From positions 80,042,001-80,106,000 of the forward strand of contig OX597826.1 in assembly GCA_951406725.2 (NCBI GenBank): DNA of 64,000 nt, read 5' to 3'. The notes below the pieces were generated by a model. It was not told the origin of the DNA and ran no database searches. It saw only the letters and a program-made list of their open reading frames with translations. The translations under genes were made by a program, and so were the position numbers. Origin of the DNA: Octopus vulgaris (Eukaryota). Shown here one piece after another: positions 43,694 through 58,039 of this stretch (the stretch's first letter is position 1; each line of letters opens with the position of its first letter).

Positions 43694-44298
43694 AATATAT
43701 ATATTAAATGCGTGTATGTGTGTGCGCAATTAAAGGAACAAAAAGAAACAGCACAATATGTAATTGTGGTATTATTGGTCTTACGCGACAGCACCAGACT
43801 TTTGCAGCGAAATACATTTAAGATTGCAGAGAGACAAAGAGCAAGGAAAGAAGTGCTACTTGACTCTTGTTGACTCTCAAACAGCGTTACTTGGTTACCA
43901 ACAGAATCATTTCACTCTCCTCCGACAATAAAGAATATTCGATGATAAATTCTCGTGACTAGGAGAAAGAATGGCTTTATTTACAGCCTTTCCGCAGTAA
44001 ATTATGAACACGCACAAGTGTATGTATTTATGTGTGTGTATGTGTGTATGTTCTTTACTTACTCGTTTCAGTCATTCGATTGCGGCCATGCTGGAGAACG
44101 TTTAGTCGAGCAAATCGCCCCCGGGACTTATTCTTTGTGAGCCTAGTACTTATTCTATCGGTCTGTTTTGCCGAACCGTTAGGTTACAGGGACGTAAATA
44201 CACCAGCATCAGTTGTCAAGAGATGTTCAGGGAACAAACACAGACACACAAACATATACACACACATACATACACACATAAATATATATATATACATA

Positions 44299-44413
<115 letters not shown>

Positions 44414-45702
44414 ATACATATATATATACGACGAGTTTCTTTCAGTTTCCGCTTGGTCGAGCCGAGGCTATAGTAGAAGACACTTGCCCAAGTGTGCCAT
44501 GCAGTTGGACTGAACCTGGAACCATGTTGTTGGCAAGCAAGCTACTTATCACACACACCTGTCAATTGTGCATTATAAGTGTGCATGTGCGTGTGTGTGT
44601 ATGTAGGTGCAAGCGTGGCAGTGTGGTAAAAAGTTTGTTCGGCAACCACACAGTTTAAGTGCAGTCCCACTGCATAGCAACTGGGACAAGTGTCCTATGC
44701 TATACAGTCGGGCCACCAAAGCCCTGTGACTGACTGGTAGATGCAGGCTGAAAGAAGCCCGTTGTATACATGTATACATGCAACCATGTATACATGCAAC
44801 CATGTATACATTAATTTCAATGCTCATTTACAATTTGAAGATCTTTCATCTATACATGAACAAGCATGTATCCAATTTTAAATTCTTGAACGAATGATAT
44901 GCAAATATTATATCGCGAATGCAATAGCTTATATTCTCAAGAGGCTTTATTCATATCAGACAATTTCAAGATCCAAATTACTTTTGACAAAATAAACATT
45001 TGTCCTCTCCACGGAAAAGTGATAAGAAAAATGGAGTCAGAATGACTACGACTGGATACAGAGGAAGAACATATATCAGAGAAATCATTTTCTTCGGTGA
45101 AATACTCTTCCATTAAATGTATGTTCCGAAACTGCATTAGCAACTAGGATCACTAAGAAAATGGGAGTAATGTGACGTCCTCAATAATATTTCTAGGGCA
45201 GGCTTCTTTTCCTGAAGAAACTCGTTCAACGTTTAACTAGGAATGACAAAGTAGAAATTGCGAGTGGCATACTTTTAAGTATTTATACGCTATAATATAT
45301 GATAAATATTTTAAAATATATATCTAAGGCTTTAACAGTTTTATTCTGTACTATTGGACTTAATATATACCTAGACTTTTCATCTACAGTATACATGAAA
45401 AACACAAGTAAATATCTTGTTTTCTCACTCACTGCATTTGTCAAAAGATACAGAGCAATAAGCCTCACTAATTTCGAACTTATATTGCGATTTCATTAGC
45501 CACGCTTTGATTGTCTACGGTGATCCGGCTCATGCACGAACTATTATTAAGCGCTAAATTAAACCGGATCGACCAATTTGCATATATAACACAGTTTTGG
45601 TAGCCACGAAGATGAATAAATTACTAGAGCGTAAAGAGAATTTTATTTCGAAACTATACTCTACTACAGTGTGTTTGTGTGTGTGTGTGTGAATGTATGT
45701 GT

Positions 45703-45762
<60 letters not shown>

Positions 45763-45906
45763 ATGTGTGAGTGTGTGTGTGAGTACATACACACACAGAC
45801 ACACATGTTTGAATGGTCCTGTGAGTGAGAGTAAATTCTGAGGTAGATGGAATCTGTAGGTAGGAGAACTAATTCTACTAATTTCCCAATGAGATTTAAT
45901 AATAAT

Positions 45907-45949
<43 letters not shown>

Positions 45950-45966
45950 GCAACAACAACAACAAC

Positions 45967-46035
<69 letters not shown>

Positions 46036-46036
<1 letters not shown>

Positions 46037-46720
46037 GAATCCCTTCTGATCTATTCTGAATAACCTATTCTGGTGGTAACCCTTCATTCTTTGGTCGTAT
46101 CTTACCATCTTTGCTTTCTTTGCAACGAGGCTCTGTTTCAGTTCCTTCTCTACTACTTCATGTCTCTCATCAAGTAAGCTACCACTGTTCATTTCTTGTG
46201 CTATGAGATTACTCTTAATTAGTAAGAACTGCATTTTCATTCTTATCTCTGCTGCTATTTTCCATGACCCGTCTTTTGATAGCTTCGAGCTCTACTTCTG
46301 TGAACCAACAATTTTTCCTTATTGCTCTAACTTTATCCCATAGTCTCTGTTCCGTGAGTTGAAACAATCCCATTTCTCTGCAATGTTCATACATACGTTG
46401 TCGGTAAACCCTGATTTGAGCACCATTTTCATCTACCGGGTTGCTCAGATAGTAACACTCCATGACCACAGCATTAATTTGTTTGCTCCATCTACGCCGT
46501 GTATGATGGTCCCTTTCTGGATATCGACAGGCTGGAGTGTAACACTGTCACCATCATTGGCTTCAGTTTCATTACCACCGTTATTCGCAATATTTTGTTT
46601 TATCACTGTCACTCATACGAGGTAGCGATTATCAGGTTGCGCAATTACCAGTGCTTTTATTGTGACACCATCACTAGATGTATCATTATTAGCCCATAAG
46701 GAGACTCCACCCGTTTCCTG
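46036..46720 (-). mobile_element. Dong/R4-clade element, 5' part (inverted)
   Basis: VMECYYLS...YRQRMYEH...LTEQRLWDKVRAIRKN and RYDQRMKGYHQNRLF..DQKGFY, typical of the Dong N-terminal/pre-RT region; abuts (TAA)n. Confidence 0.8.
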
Positions 46721-46859
46721 GTATTATTATTATTATCATCATCACTGATATCACTGGTATTATTGTTTTTATATGTAGTAGTAGCAGTGGTTGCAGCAAT
46801 AGCAACATTAACTAGGTCGGGGTATTGGTAAGGGTGGTAGTTGGGTCTCAGATTCCTGT

Positions 46860-48150
46860 GCCATCATAATGACAGAAAAATTTAAGGTGGAGTACTTGCG
46901 CAGACTGTGATTGATCCTTAAGTCAAAACTGAATGGACGGAATAAGATCGAAGCTATCAATACCTGGACAGTTTCACTCGTTAAATACGGAGCAGGGGTA
47001 ATCGCATGGACAGTAAACGAACTAAACAGCTTAGATAGAAAGACAAGGAAGTTGCTCACTGGATATAGGTCACTCCACTCAAAAAGTGACACAGACAGGC
47101 TGTACGTACCAAGAAAAAAAGGGGGAAGAGGACTTATTGGATGCGAACACAGCATTAGAGCAGAAGAAAACATCACAGCATGCTATGTAAAAATGCCACA
47201 GAACCGCTATTATTAGAAGTAGGAAGGTCAGCCTTGTGTAGGATGAAAGATTGCAAAGATAAAGCACAATACAAGAAATTGAAAACGAATGAAACTGAAT
47301 ATAGGTGGGTAAAGAAAAGAATGCATGGTCAATTTCATAGAGATGTTGAAGATAAGACAGACAGAGAAAAAAGATGGCTGTGGATGACTAAAAGTGATTT
47401 AAAACCGGAAACGGAGGCTCTAATCTGTGCTGCTCAAGAGCAAGCATTAAGAACCAATTACATCAAATAGAGAATAGACAACACATCAGAAAGTGATAAG
47501 TGCAGAATATGTGGACAAAACGGTGAAACCCTATGGCGTATTACCAGCCAATGTACGCCACAAGCCCAGAAGAAATATAAGAGATGCCATGACAATATAG
47601 CCAGGCTAGTCCATTGGACACTTTACAATAAGTATGGACTTGACAAAGCAAAGAACTAGTACGACCACAAACCTGAAGGCATCATCGAAAACGGAAATGC
47701 AAATATCCTATGGGATTTTATGATTCAGTGCGACCATGAATTTGAGAATAGGAACTCAGACATAGTCTTAATTGAGAAAGAAAACAAACTCTGCTGGATC
47801 ATAGATAGAGCATGCCCAGGTGACAACAAGGTATGCGATAAGGAAGAAAGAAATGTCGAGAGATATGACAGGTTAGCTCGGGAAGTTAAGCAGTTGTGAT
47901 CGATGAAAAACGTGGTAGTAGTACCAATAATTGTCGGAGCCCTGGGAACAGTGAATAGTAATCTGGAGAAGTACGTGAGAAAAATAGGAGCCGCAATAAG
48001 GGTGAAGCACTTGCAGAAAACAGCACTGCTTGGAACAGCTCGAATACTCCGGAAGGTGCTCGAAAAATAAGGGGTGTTACCTTAGTTCACTGGTAGGGAA
48101 CAGCTGACACCGTAGTATATCTCCAGCGTTAGAAGCTGTGCAAAGGCAAC
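46860..48150 (+). mobile_element. Dong/R4-clade non-LTR retrotransposon, 3' part (RT C-terminus, zinc knuckle, REL endonuclease), decayed
   Basis: NKIEAINTW...DRKTRKLL...DRLYVPRKKGGRGL; AAQEQALRT; CRICG..GET; ILWDF.IQCD; VPIIVGALG...LQKTALLGTARILRKVL; followed by (CAA/TAA)n. Confidence 0.9.
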
Positions 48151-48632
48151 AGCAACATCAACAACAACAGCAACAACAACAACAATAATAGTAATAATGA
48201 TAATGATATATACAGAGAGAGGGGGGAGGGAGATTATTTTTTTCCGAACGGCGTATGTCTAGACAGATGTAGGTGTATTGTTTGCGTGGACAGGTATAAA
48301 GACAAAGCGCTTACTTGAGTCTATACACAAAGTTGGCATCTACAGGTATCTTTAAAAGATATTTTACGCTCTTTTGACAAACTTAACAACGATAAAACTC
48401 TGACATGGCGTTTGTAATGGTCATGCGCAATTTGACATTAGGCAGCATCGGAAGCTGACTTTCACGTTGGAATAGTTACATTATGGAATCAAAATTACGA
48501 TATATAATTTATCATTGTTGAAATGATAAATCATTCAGCTCGATTCAATCGAGTATACTTGCTGAATTAGGAAATTGGTCTTGAGCTTCGTCAGCTCGCT
48601 TTAGAATTTGTTTACAGTTGATGCACACATAC

Positions 48633-48699
<67 letters not shown>

Positions 48700-50123
48700 G
48701 GTGTATGTATGTATGTGTATTTGTGTATGTGTATGCACGCGTGTCTTTCTGCTTGTACTTAACATTTCGGTAAATGAGATGGATAGAATAAATACCAGAC
48801 TTAAAACGAACAAACAAAAACAGTATTGGGGTCGATTTCTTTGACTCAGTTACTAAACCTTACTCGCTCGCAAGTGACGGCTAGCTGTACCCCCCCCCCA
48901 AAAAAAAGACGCTTTTATGACTGGAAAAAAAAAACTTTTATCGTAGTTCTGCTCGATAAGGACAAACAACAACAAAACCATCAGAATATTCTGTCTGCTG
49001 TTTACTGTTTCTACTATTGACCGGTTGGTCTGAATGGTATTAGTAAATTGAAAGTGACTTAGTTAGTAAAAGTCTCAATATAACTATACTAACGCATGTA
49101 CAGAAGGCGTAGGAAACATTCAAGTGTGTATTAGTGTGTCTGTGTGTTTGTTCATGCGTGTTAATATACATGCATATGTTCATGTTTGTCTACTTCACAC
49201 AATATACTTATCCACTTATTAACAGATGCACACACACACACACGCATATATACATACATATAAATACATGTATATATACATATAAATTGATAGGTAATAT
49301 ATATATATCTATATATGTATGTATTCATAGATTAGCTGTTTTCATTGCGAATCGCTTGTACATCTACGTCCACCTATATAATAGGTCTTTTCAATTTTAT
49401 TCACTAAAATGCTATTTAGGTCTGAAATAAATTGCATACAGCCTCATAAATGTACAACATATTTGTACAATCTTAATTTATTCTGCTTGTGAAACTATAT
49501 GGAACTTTTGAAAATAAATTTCACGCCGTGAGCAAAAGCGCAATAGAAACACACACACACACACACACATGTATGTAAACATTGCTTAAAACCCCAGATA
49601 CAGACGTGTGTTTGTATGAGAGGCGGAGAATACATATGAATACAAATAGTGTGCACAAAGGCAGAAATGAAGGTGCTCAACACAGAAAGTAAACTTATTT
49701 TTATCGTATTTATTGGAAACTCAAAACTTCACAAACTTTTATACTCGATATCCTGCTTCCGATCTTCGAACGAGAGAGATGAATATAATAAAAATGACCC
49801 AGTATACATTAACTATAATAAAGTTATTGATGGGCTAAATGGTATTGGTTAGAAGTGTATGTAAAAGGTTAGTAATGATGAAATCATTATTATTTTGGGA
49901 CAAAATAAGCAACCGTTCAGGTAAGCGCAATCGACTGAGGTGATTCGATGTAGACAGGTGCAGGTATGGCTGGCTGTGTGGTAAGAAGTTTGCTTTCCAA
50001 CCATATGGTTCCGAGTTCAGTTCCACTACGTGGAACTTTAGGTAATTGTCTTCTGTATACCAAAGCCTTGTGAATGGATTGTGTAGACGGAAACTGAAGG
50101 AAGCCCGTCGTATATATATATAT

Positions 50124-50398
50124 CACCGTGATCAGCGTGACCGACCAGGCTATCAGACGTTGCTACACAACGCTGGTCACAATGCGCTTCGCATTGTTTT
50201 AGCGAGCAGGTCAACAGAAGAAAGAGTGAGAGAAAGTTGTGACGAAAGAATAGAGCAAGGATCGCCACCCACTCTGCCGCTGCCGGAGGCTCGTGGAGCT
50301 TTTAGGTATTTTCGGTCAATACGCCCGGTCTGGGAATCGAAACCGCGATCCTACGACCTCGAGTCCACTGCCGTAACCACTGGGCCATTGCGCCTCCA
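50124..50398 (-). mobile_element. Third SINE family copy nested in the (TA)n of another SINE
   Basis: Collinear with 30221-30520. Confidence 0.8.
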
Positions 50399-50544
50399 TA
50401 TGTATATATATTGTAAGAAAAGGGAGGAAGAGAATTTCGATTATATCCAAGCGGTGAGTTGTAATGCGGCTTGCTTATCAACCACATGGTTCCGAGTTCG
50501 GTCCCACTGCGTGACACCTTGGGAAAGTGTCTTCTACTATAACG

Positions 50545-50605
<61 letters not shown>

Positions 50606-51620
50606 ATATGTATGCATGTATATGTTTGTGTGTTTGCGTTTGTCCCTCCCAAAATCGCTTCACAACCGATGCTGGCATAGGTTACTCAAATACCAAATAT
50701 ATTTCAAGAAAGCAGTAGCAAAGATCTTTTCAGCGTCACAAAAGAAATGCATTTGCTGAGAAACCCGCGTTTCAAATTGTTCGTTGCAGGCTAAGATTTT
50801 GTTCTAATGTTATCACTAAGTTGCATCTTATCGCAATATACATGTAATTCTGCCAGAAAATCACCACCAAGAGAGCAATTTAACCGATTGATACACTTGC
50901 ATATAGGGGCGTATGATGCGAGATAATTGTGCTTGATAGTCGCTTAACGTTGAAACTGCTGGTGGAATGAATGAGGGTTTTATATGAGAAATAGCTGTAC
51001 ACGGTAAAATTTCTGGAGATTTTATGTATTTATGAGTTTCGGGGAAATTTTTAAGAGAATAATTTAAGAAATCCGGTGAGGTCAAACGGAATGAATGTAC
51101 TGCTCTGTTTATCATGGACCTCCTGAAACCGTTCCAGAACTTTTACACTGCAACTCCATTAGAGGAAGGAATCCCGTTTTCTAATTCTAAGAATAATTAT
51201 CCCTATTGTTAAATACTTCGAACCTGTTGTGATGGGCTTAAGAAAACTTTACGTGTTTTTTCTGACTTTTCTTTTTATAAATGCTAAAGGTATTATTCGA
51301 TAGAATTTCATGTCACTGTTATGAAAATTTTGTCGTGTCAAATAAAACATGCGCGATCGTGTGTGGGAGTATGTGCAGTAATGCATGTTCATATCGAGAG
51401 AGATGGGAAACGTCCTTGGAGATAAGGTCTAATATTTGGTTGTCTGTTAGCCATGTGCCGTGTAGAAATGACTGAGCTTATTTGTTTCCATTCCACGATG
51501 CTTACAGAATATACGTTTCTCCTACTGCCATGCTACAGCTTTGTTTTCGTTTCTTTTCATACAAATACTGAACACCGACAAAACACGCTCGCACACAGTT
51601 TAATATTCAAATACGTTCAA

Positions 51621-51835
51621 GGCGGCGGGCTGGCAGAATCTTTAGCACGCCGGGCGAAGTGCTTAGCGGAATTTCGTCTGTCTTTACGTTCTGAGTTCAA
51701 ATTCAGCCGAGGTCAACTTTGCCTTTCATCTTTTCGGGGTCGATAAATTAAGTACCAGTTGCGTACTGGGGTCGATCTAATCGACTGTCCCTCTGCCCCA
51801 GAATTTCGGGCCTTGTGTCTAGAGTAGTAAAGAAT
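51621..51835 (+). mobile_element. Same SINE family, monomer
   Basis: GGCGGCGGGCTGGCAGAATC...GAGTTCAAATTC...GCCTTTCATCTTTTCGGGGTCGATAAATTAAGTACCAG. Confidence 0.88.
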
Positions 51836-52282
51836 ATTCAAATACGTTCATATAGATTTGCCAATGTATATATGTATTTGTATATGATTTGTTCTTGATA
51901 GAGTTCAAGCCGGTCGCTGACAAAGCGACAAGACCTTTTAAGTTAAGGGACTTCCCAGTGTTAGTAAATATGTGGTTGAATTGGTGCATTGATTCACCTG
52001 TCAGAGCATACACCCAAGTATGTATACATCTATTCACGTAAGAATCTCACATGCGAATTTTTGGAATGTTTTAAAAATCTTCACTGTGCCACTGACAGAT
52101 TGGATTTGGGGAATCCACGTCAGTTTCTATTGCTCTTTTTTCGTGAAACCGAGTATTTCCAGGGTTTTGCGCAAATTTGCCAGTATACGACCTAATGCAA
52201 CTATGCAGGGTTCAAGAGCTGTAAGTTCCGCTTTCATTCGCCATAAATGAAGAGGTTGTTTGCTCTCACGTTCGAGTATTCT

Positions 52283-52518
52283 TTTATTGTTTTACTTGTT
52301 TCAGTTAGTTGACTGCGGCCATGCTGGAGCGCCGCCTTTAGTCGAGAAAATCGACCCCAGGATTTATTCCTTGTAAGCCTAGTACTTATTCTATCGGTCT
52401 CTTTTGCCGAACCGCTAAGTTACGGGGACGTAAACACACCAGCGTCGGTTGTCAAGCAATGGTGGGGGGGGGACAAAAACGGACAGACAAACACATACAC
52501 ACACACGCACACACACAT

Positions 52519-52566
<48 letters not shown>

Positions 52567-52705
52567 GACGGGCTTCATTTACTTTCTGTCTACCAAATTT
52601 AATCGGCCCGAGGCTTAGAAGACACTCGCCCAAGGTGCCACGCAGTAGAACCGAACCCGGAACCATGTGGTTGCTTAGCAAGCTACTTACCATACAGCCA
52701 CTCAT
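52283..52705 (-). mobile_element. Second SINE family copy
   Basis: Collinear with 1083-1490. Further copies at ~41680-42190 (+), 44050-44545 (-) and 49955-50680 (+). Confidence 0.85.
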
Positions 52706-52739
52706 GGATTCATTCTATTGGTGTCATTATTAATGTGGA

Positions 52740-53125
52740 AGTTGCCAGTGTGAACTGGTTTTGTTGTCCAGGCTGCGTTTCGCAACGAGTGCAATATCTC
52801 GAATGTTGGTACGAACACTGGTACTACAAAAGCATTGTGAAACATTGTCTAGCTAAATGCACGGGGCTCTGAGTTACATATTTTCAGGAGTCTACAAAAG
52901 TCCCCTTCTCCTATTCCGGCTTTAGTCACTGCACCAGTGTACGCAACACTCGTATCGATTCCGAGGTACATGTAGTAAGCCATTGTTCTCTGCCTCGTCG
53001 ACCATTCATCCTTGGTTGACGATCATGTAAGAGTATTTATCTTGCCCAAACTCTATTCGTATGTCTCCTGAGAATGTTGTGACTACTTCTAATTGTCTCT
53101 TGATGTTGGTCATATCACCAGAATA
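52740..53125 (-). mobile_element. Dong/R4-like RT fragment
   Basis: LYSGD...QLEVVTTFSGDIRIEFGQDK (cf. FS.DI.M.FG.DKC), followed by YMYLGI. Confidence 0.65.
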
Positions 53126-53208
53126 TAACGTTATATGTACGTATGTACGTATGTGCGTATAAATGTATGTTTCTATATATGTATACACGTATGTATACAT
53201 ATACACGT

Positions 53209-53241
<33 letters not shown>

Positions 53242-53246
53242 CACGT

Positions 53247-53299
<53 letters not shown>

Positions 53300-53368
53300 T
53301 AATTTAATAAGTACTATTCTTATGCAATAGAATTATATAGCAAATTATAATTGCGTAACTTGTATGTC

Positions 53369-53421
<53 letters not shown>

Positions 53422-53443
53422 TATAATAAAAGAATACATACAT

Positions 53444-53496
<53 letters not shown>

Positions 53497-54356
53497 TATA
53501 CATATATATATATATATACATATATATATATGTGTGTGTATACAGATACTGAGTGAGAGAGAGAGAGTGATCGAGAGGAAGGCAGTGAAAGAAAGAAACC
53601 GAGATAACTCGCTAGATAGATATAGATATATTCTTACTTATTTCTATGTATATATAAATATTTATATAATTTATAATGCATATTATATAATTATATAGGC
53701 AATCATCTATATTTTCATGCGAATGAAATACTCGTATAAGCCATAAATCTATGTCCTGTATTTGAACTGGCTGATTGGGCACGAGGAAGCCATTTATGGC
53801 ATTGTAATATAATATCTTGTTTCCTATAATTTTGCCATTTCAAGCAGTCTGGTTCCAGTAACTGGCTACTTTCCTGAATTTTACCAAAGTCGCTAGCATT
53901 ATTCACTATCAAGAATAAAAATCTCCGATGTATCACTTGAAGTTCACTGCCATCGCGAAAACTGCCATAAATTATTGCATGAGGCAAGTGTATCGAGCAG
54001 TTTCAGATAGGTTGCCTCTATGTATGTATGTATGTATGTATGTATGTATGTATGTATGTATGTATGTATGTATGTATGTATGTATGTATGTATGTATGTA
54101 TGTATGTATGTATGTATGTATGTATGTATGTATGTATGTATGTGTGTATATCTGTATGTGTTTATGTATATATGTATGAATGCATGTATGTATGTTTATG
54201 TATATTCATATGAATGTATGTATGAATGTATGTATGTGTGTGTGTGCATGTACGTGTGTGTATGTATGTATCTGTCTATATATGCGCGCGTGTGTGCGTG
54301 TATGTATATGTATGTATATGTCTGCATATATATATATATATATATCTATATACCTA

Positions 54357-54399
<43 letters not shown>

Positions 54400-55094
54400 T
54401 TATACATAAACACACACTCATATTCGACCAAGTGCTTGAAAATAGTATAAGATTGATGTATTGTGTGACAAGTATAAAATAGTACTAAAATATGCAAATA
54501 TACTCTGTAACCATACAGTTAGCAACTGTCTGAAAAAATTCGCTGAAAATGTTGACACCTCATGAAGCATCTTGCTCTTTCAAAATCAATGCATCATGCT
54601 GCTTGTATAGTGAAATATTAATCAAATATCATTGCCAAAAAGCGTAATGAATATGGAATGAATTTAAAATTTTTAGGAATGCACTAAAATTTTCCATGTT
54701 ATACAATTACAAGAAATGTTCTTGTTATATTTCTAAATGCCATGTTGTGTCATAAAGCACTGCAGTCTTTCAGATGTAAATGTGGTTTCAGTTATAGGTG
54801 AAAATTGGAAATAGGTCGCGGCTGAAATTCCTTAACCTTAATTACAGGTTAATATTCATAAACATAACCATTCTTAGTGTACTGACATACGAAGCCAGGT
54901 ACTAAAGAATTTATAACATAGAATACAGAAAAGCTGGTTTCTTTAATCACCATCCATCTTACTCTGCATCTTCTCTTTCCATCCGTCTCTCTTTCTGAAT
55001 ACAAAGAAAGAGAGGGGAAGATTGAGGAGACCAGCTTCTCTAAGGATATATCTATCTGTCTGTTTGTCTATCTCTGTATGTATATGTATGTTGG

Positions 55095-55162
<68 letters not shown>

Positions 55163-55167
<5 letters not shown>

Positions 55168-55423
55168 CAAAATTGGGGTAAAATTAATTAATTAATCAAT
55201 TTTACCAAGTATTCAGTATACAAAGGGACCATTTAAGGCGAATTCAAATTATTACATTATATAAAAGGGCTTAGTAAAATAAATTATTCCGATACGAACT
55301 CATTAGAAAAGATAAAAATTTTCAAAACTATTTCCAATATAAAACTCTTCATAAGTGTTTGCTCAATTCAACTCTCAAACATATATTTTCTTGTATATAT
55401 ATATATGAGTTCAGTATATATTT

Positions 55424-55427
<4 letters not shown>
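55163..55427. mobile_element. Truncated relative of the 3568-4567 element in (TA)n
   Basis: Left ~120 bp aligns with 3570-3690 (GGTAAAATTAAT...CCAAGT.TTCAGTAT...GGACCATTTAAGGCGAATTCAAA...AGGGCTTAGTAAAATAAATTA); short degenerate inverted end (ATGAGTTC...TATTTTACTA). Confidence 0.75.
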
Positions 55428-55474
<47 letters not shown>

Positions 55475-55745
55475 CATGTATATATATATACAAAATACTT
55501 GGGATACTGCCCTATACAAACTGTCAACAAAGAAATCTGTGTTTGTTATAAATAGTGACCAAACCTCCCTCATATCACCCTTTCATCAAATATCTTCCCG
55601 TAGCGTTTAGAAATCTCCCTTAGAATGCCTCAACATGTACAACTTTAAACAAAATTGGAGATTTAATTATATTTGAAAAATCACAAATGGAATATGTCGT
55701 TAAGAAGAAGTCATAAAGGGACTCCGTAAGCCAGAGTTCAGACCG

Positions 55746-55801
<56 letters not shown>

Positions 55802-56749
55802 ATGTGTGGGGTGGGGGTTTCTGTGTGTGTGTACCGGTGTCCCACCAAGCCTGTCCTTTCTTTCTTGGTTGGACTACCATCCGTGCAGCATCTCATATAT
55901 TCCTTCTCCTGATTTTCATCCGTTATGTTCCTACCGTAAGGCTTCACCTCCACATACGCCAGCTTAATTTAATTTGCCCTTAGTCGAAAGATACCTATTG
56001 GTCCTGTTTTTATTTGTAATTGTGTACCATTTCTGCGTTTTTTCGTCTTTGTTTTAGTATACAATCGCTTTCTTTCTTCCAAGGGTCTAGTGCTCTTATC
56101 TTAGATTTTCGTGGGGTCGGCTGGATTGAAGGCCAAAACTGCAAAGACGGTCTCGAACTCAAAAGAAGATAAGAAGCTCCGAATAACCCGTCATTATTTT
56201 TTCCTCTCCTTTATTGTATCGCTTAACTGTCTGGATGTTTTGTTGTTACGCTCTTGTTCCATTTTATGTTTTCTTGATATATATATATATATATACATAC
56301 ATACAGATAGATAAATAGATAGATAGGTATATACATACATAACTATAAATTGTATGAATGTATGTATGCATATTGATAATCGGTGACTGAATTGCCAAGA
56401 GTTTCCTGCATTGGCATTCGAAACTCGGCACTCTGTAACATCTGCTGAGAAATATAAAATATTAGTGCAGCCTTTTACAAATTCGCAAAAAAGACCTGAA
56501 CTCAGAGCGGGTGACTTTTTGTAAGCTCTTCTGTCGCTATTTACTAGTACTAAATTCAATACCAACTAACTGAAATAGTTTGAATCGTACGTAATTGATT
56601 TGCTACATACCGAAATATTGTCATTTAATTTTTTAAACGATCTTTGATTTACTCATTAACACTAAACCGTCGTTTACAGCTGCCGCTTTCCCTTGCCTCG
56701 TTCATTACGGCAATGATAACGGAATTGTGATGAGAATATGACGAGGATA

Positions 56750-57670
56750 TTCTTTTCTCCTCTAGGCACAAAACACGAAATTTTGGGAGAGGGGGCCAGC
56801 CGATTAGGTCGACCTCAGTACACAACTGGTACTTAATTTATCGACTCCGAAAGGATGAAAAGCAAAGTCGACCTCGGCGTAATTTGAATACAGAGCGTAG
56901 TGACAGACGAAATACCTATTTCTTTACTACCCACAAGGGGCTAAACACAGAGGAGACAAACAGGGACAGACAAACGGATTAAGTCGATTACATCGATCCC
57001 AGTGCGTAACTGGTAATTATTTAATCGACCCCGAAAGGATGAAAAGCAAAGTCGACCTCGGCCTACTTTGAATACAGAGCGTAGTGACAGACGAAATACA
57101 TATTTCTTTACTACCCACAAGGGGCTAAACACAGAGGAGACAAACAGGGACAGACAAACGGATTAAGTCGATTATATCGATCCCAGTGCGTAACTGGTAA
57201 TTATTTAATCGACCCCGAAAGGATGAAAGGTAAAGTGGACCTCGGTAGAATTTGAACTCAGAACGTAGCGGCAGATGAAATACCTATTTCTTTACTACCC
57301 ACAAGGGGCTAAACACAGAGGGGACAAACAAGGACAGACAAACGGATTAAGTCGATTATATCGACCCCAGTGCGTAACTGGTAATTATTTATCGACCCCG
57401 AAAGGATGAAAAGCAAAGTCGACCTCGGCCTACTTTGAATACAGAGCGTAGTGACAGACGAAATACATATTTCTTTACTACCCACAAGGGGCTAAACACA
57501 GAGGGAACAAACAAGGACAGACAAACGGATTGAGGTAATTACATCGACCCAGTGCGTAACTGGTACTTAATTTATCGACCCCGAAAGGATGAAAGGCAAA
57601 GTGGACCTCGGTGGAATTTGAACTCAGAACGTAGTGGCAGACGAAATACCGCTAAGCATTTCGCCCGGCA
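56750..57670 (-). repeat. tRNA-derived SINE with internal ~184-bp tandem expansion (5 core copies)
   Basis: CTACCCACAAGGGG recurs at ~56927, 57111, 57295 and 57478; each unit carries a B-box-like segment (GTTCAAATTC on minus, degenerate in some units) and the core GC(C/T)TTTCATCCTTTCGGGGTCGAT. Confidence 0.9.
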
Positions 57671-57978
57671 AAAATATGACACGCTCCATACACGACAATT
57701 AAGTAAATGTTTAAAAGAATTTTAAGGCAAACAATCAAATCTCGATGTAAAGCTCCCTACCATATTGCAATAGACGAATATTTTTTGTTATAAATTTCTA
57801 AATTGCTTTCTTCCATGAATTGTTAAAATAATGTTTCGAATGAAACTCAAAATTGCGATTCAAGATGTTTCAGCTCCTAATAAACATTTGTACAGTCCCT
57901 GGGTTGAGCACTTTTCCCCTACTTTTTAAAACAAGCTTTCATTTCACCAATCTACACACACACACACACACACATACG

Positions 57979-58039
<61 letters not shown>

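Noticed and set aside
45810-45900. Possible Cys-loop exon (LPTDSIYLRIYS)
   Set aside because: It has no cysteines, no FP.D.Q.C pattern and no suitable splice donor.
56750-57670. CRISPR-like array
   Set aside because: The units are ~184-bp near-identical SINE segments with no unique spacers, in a eukaryotic context without cas genes.
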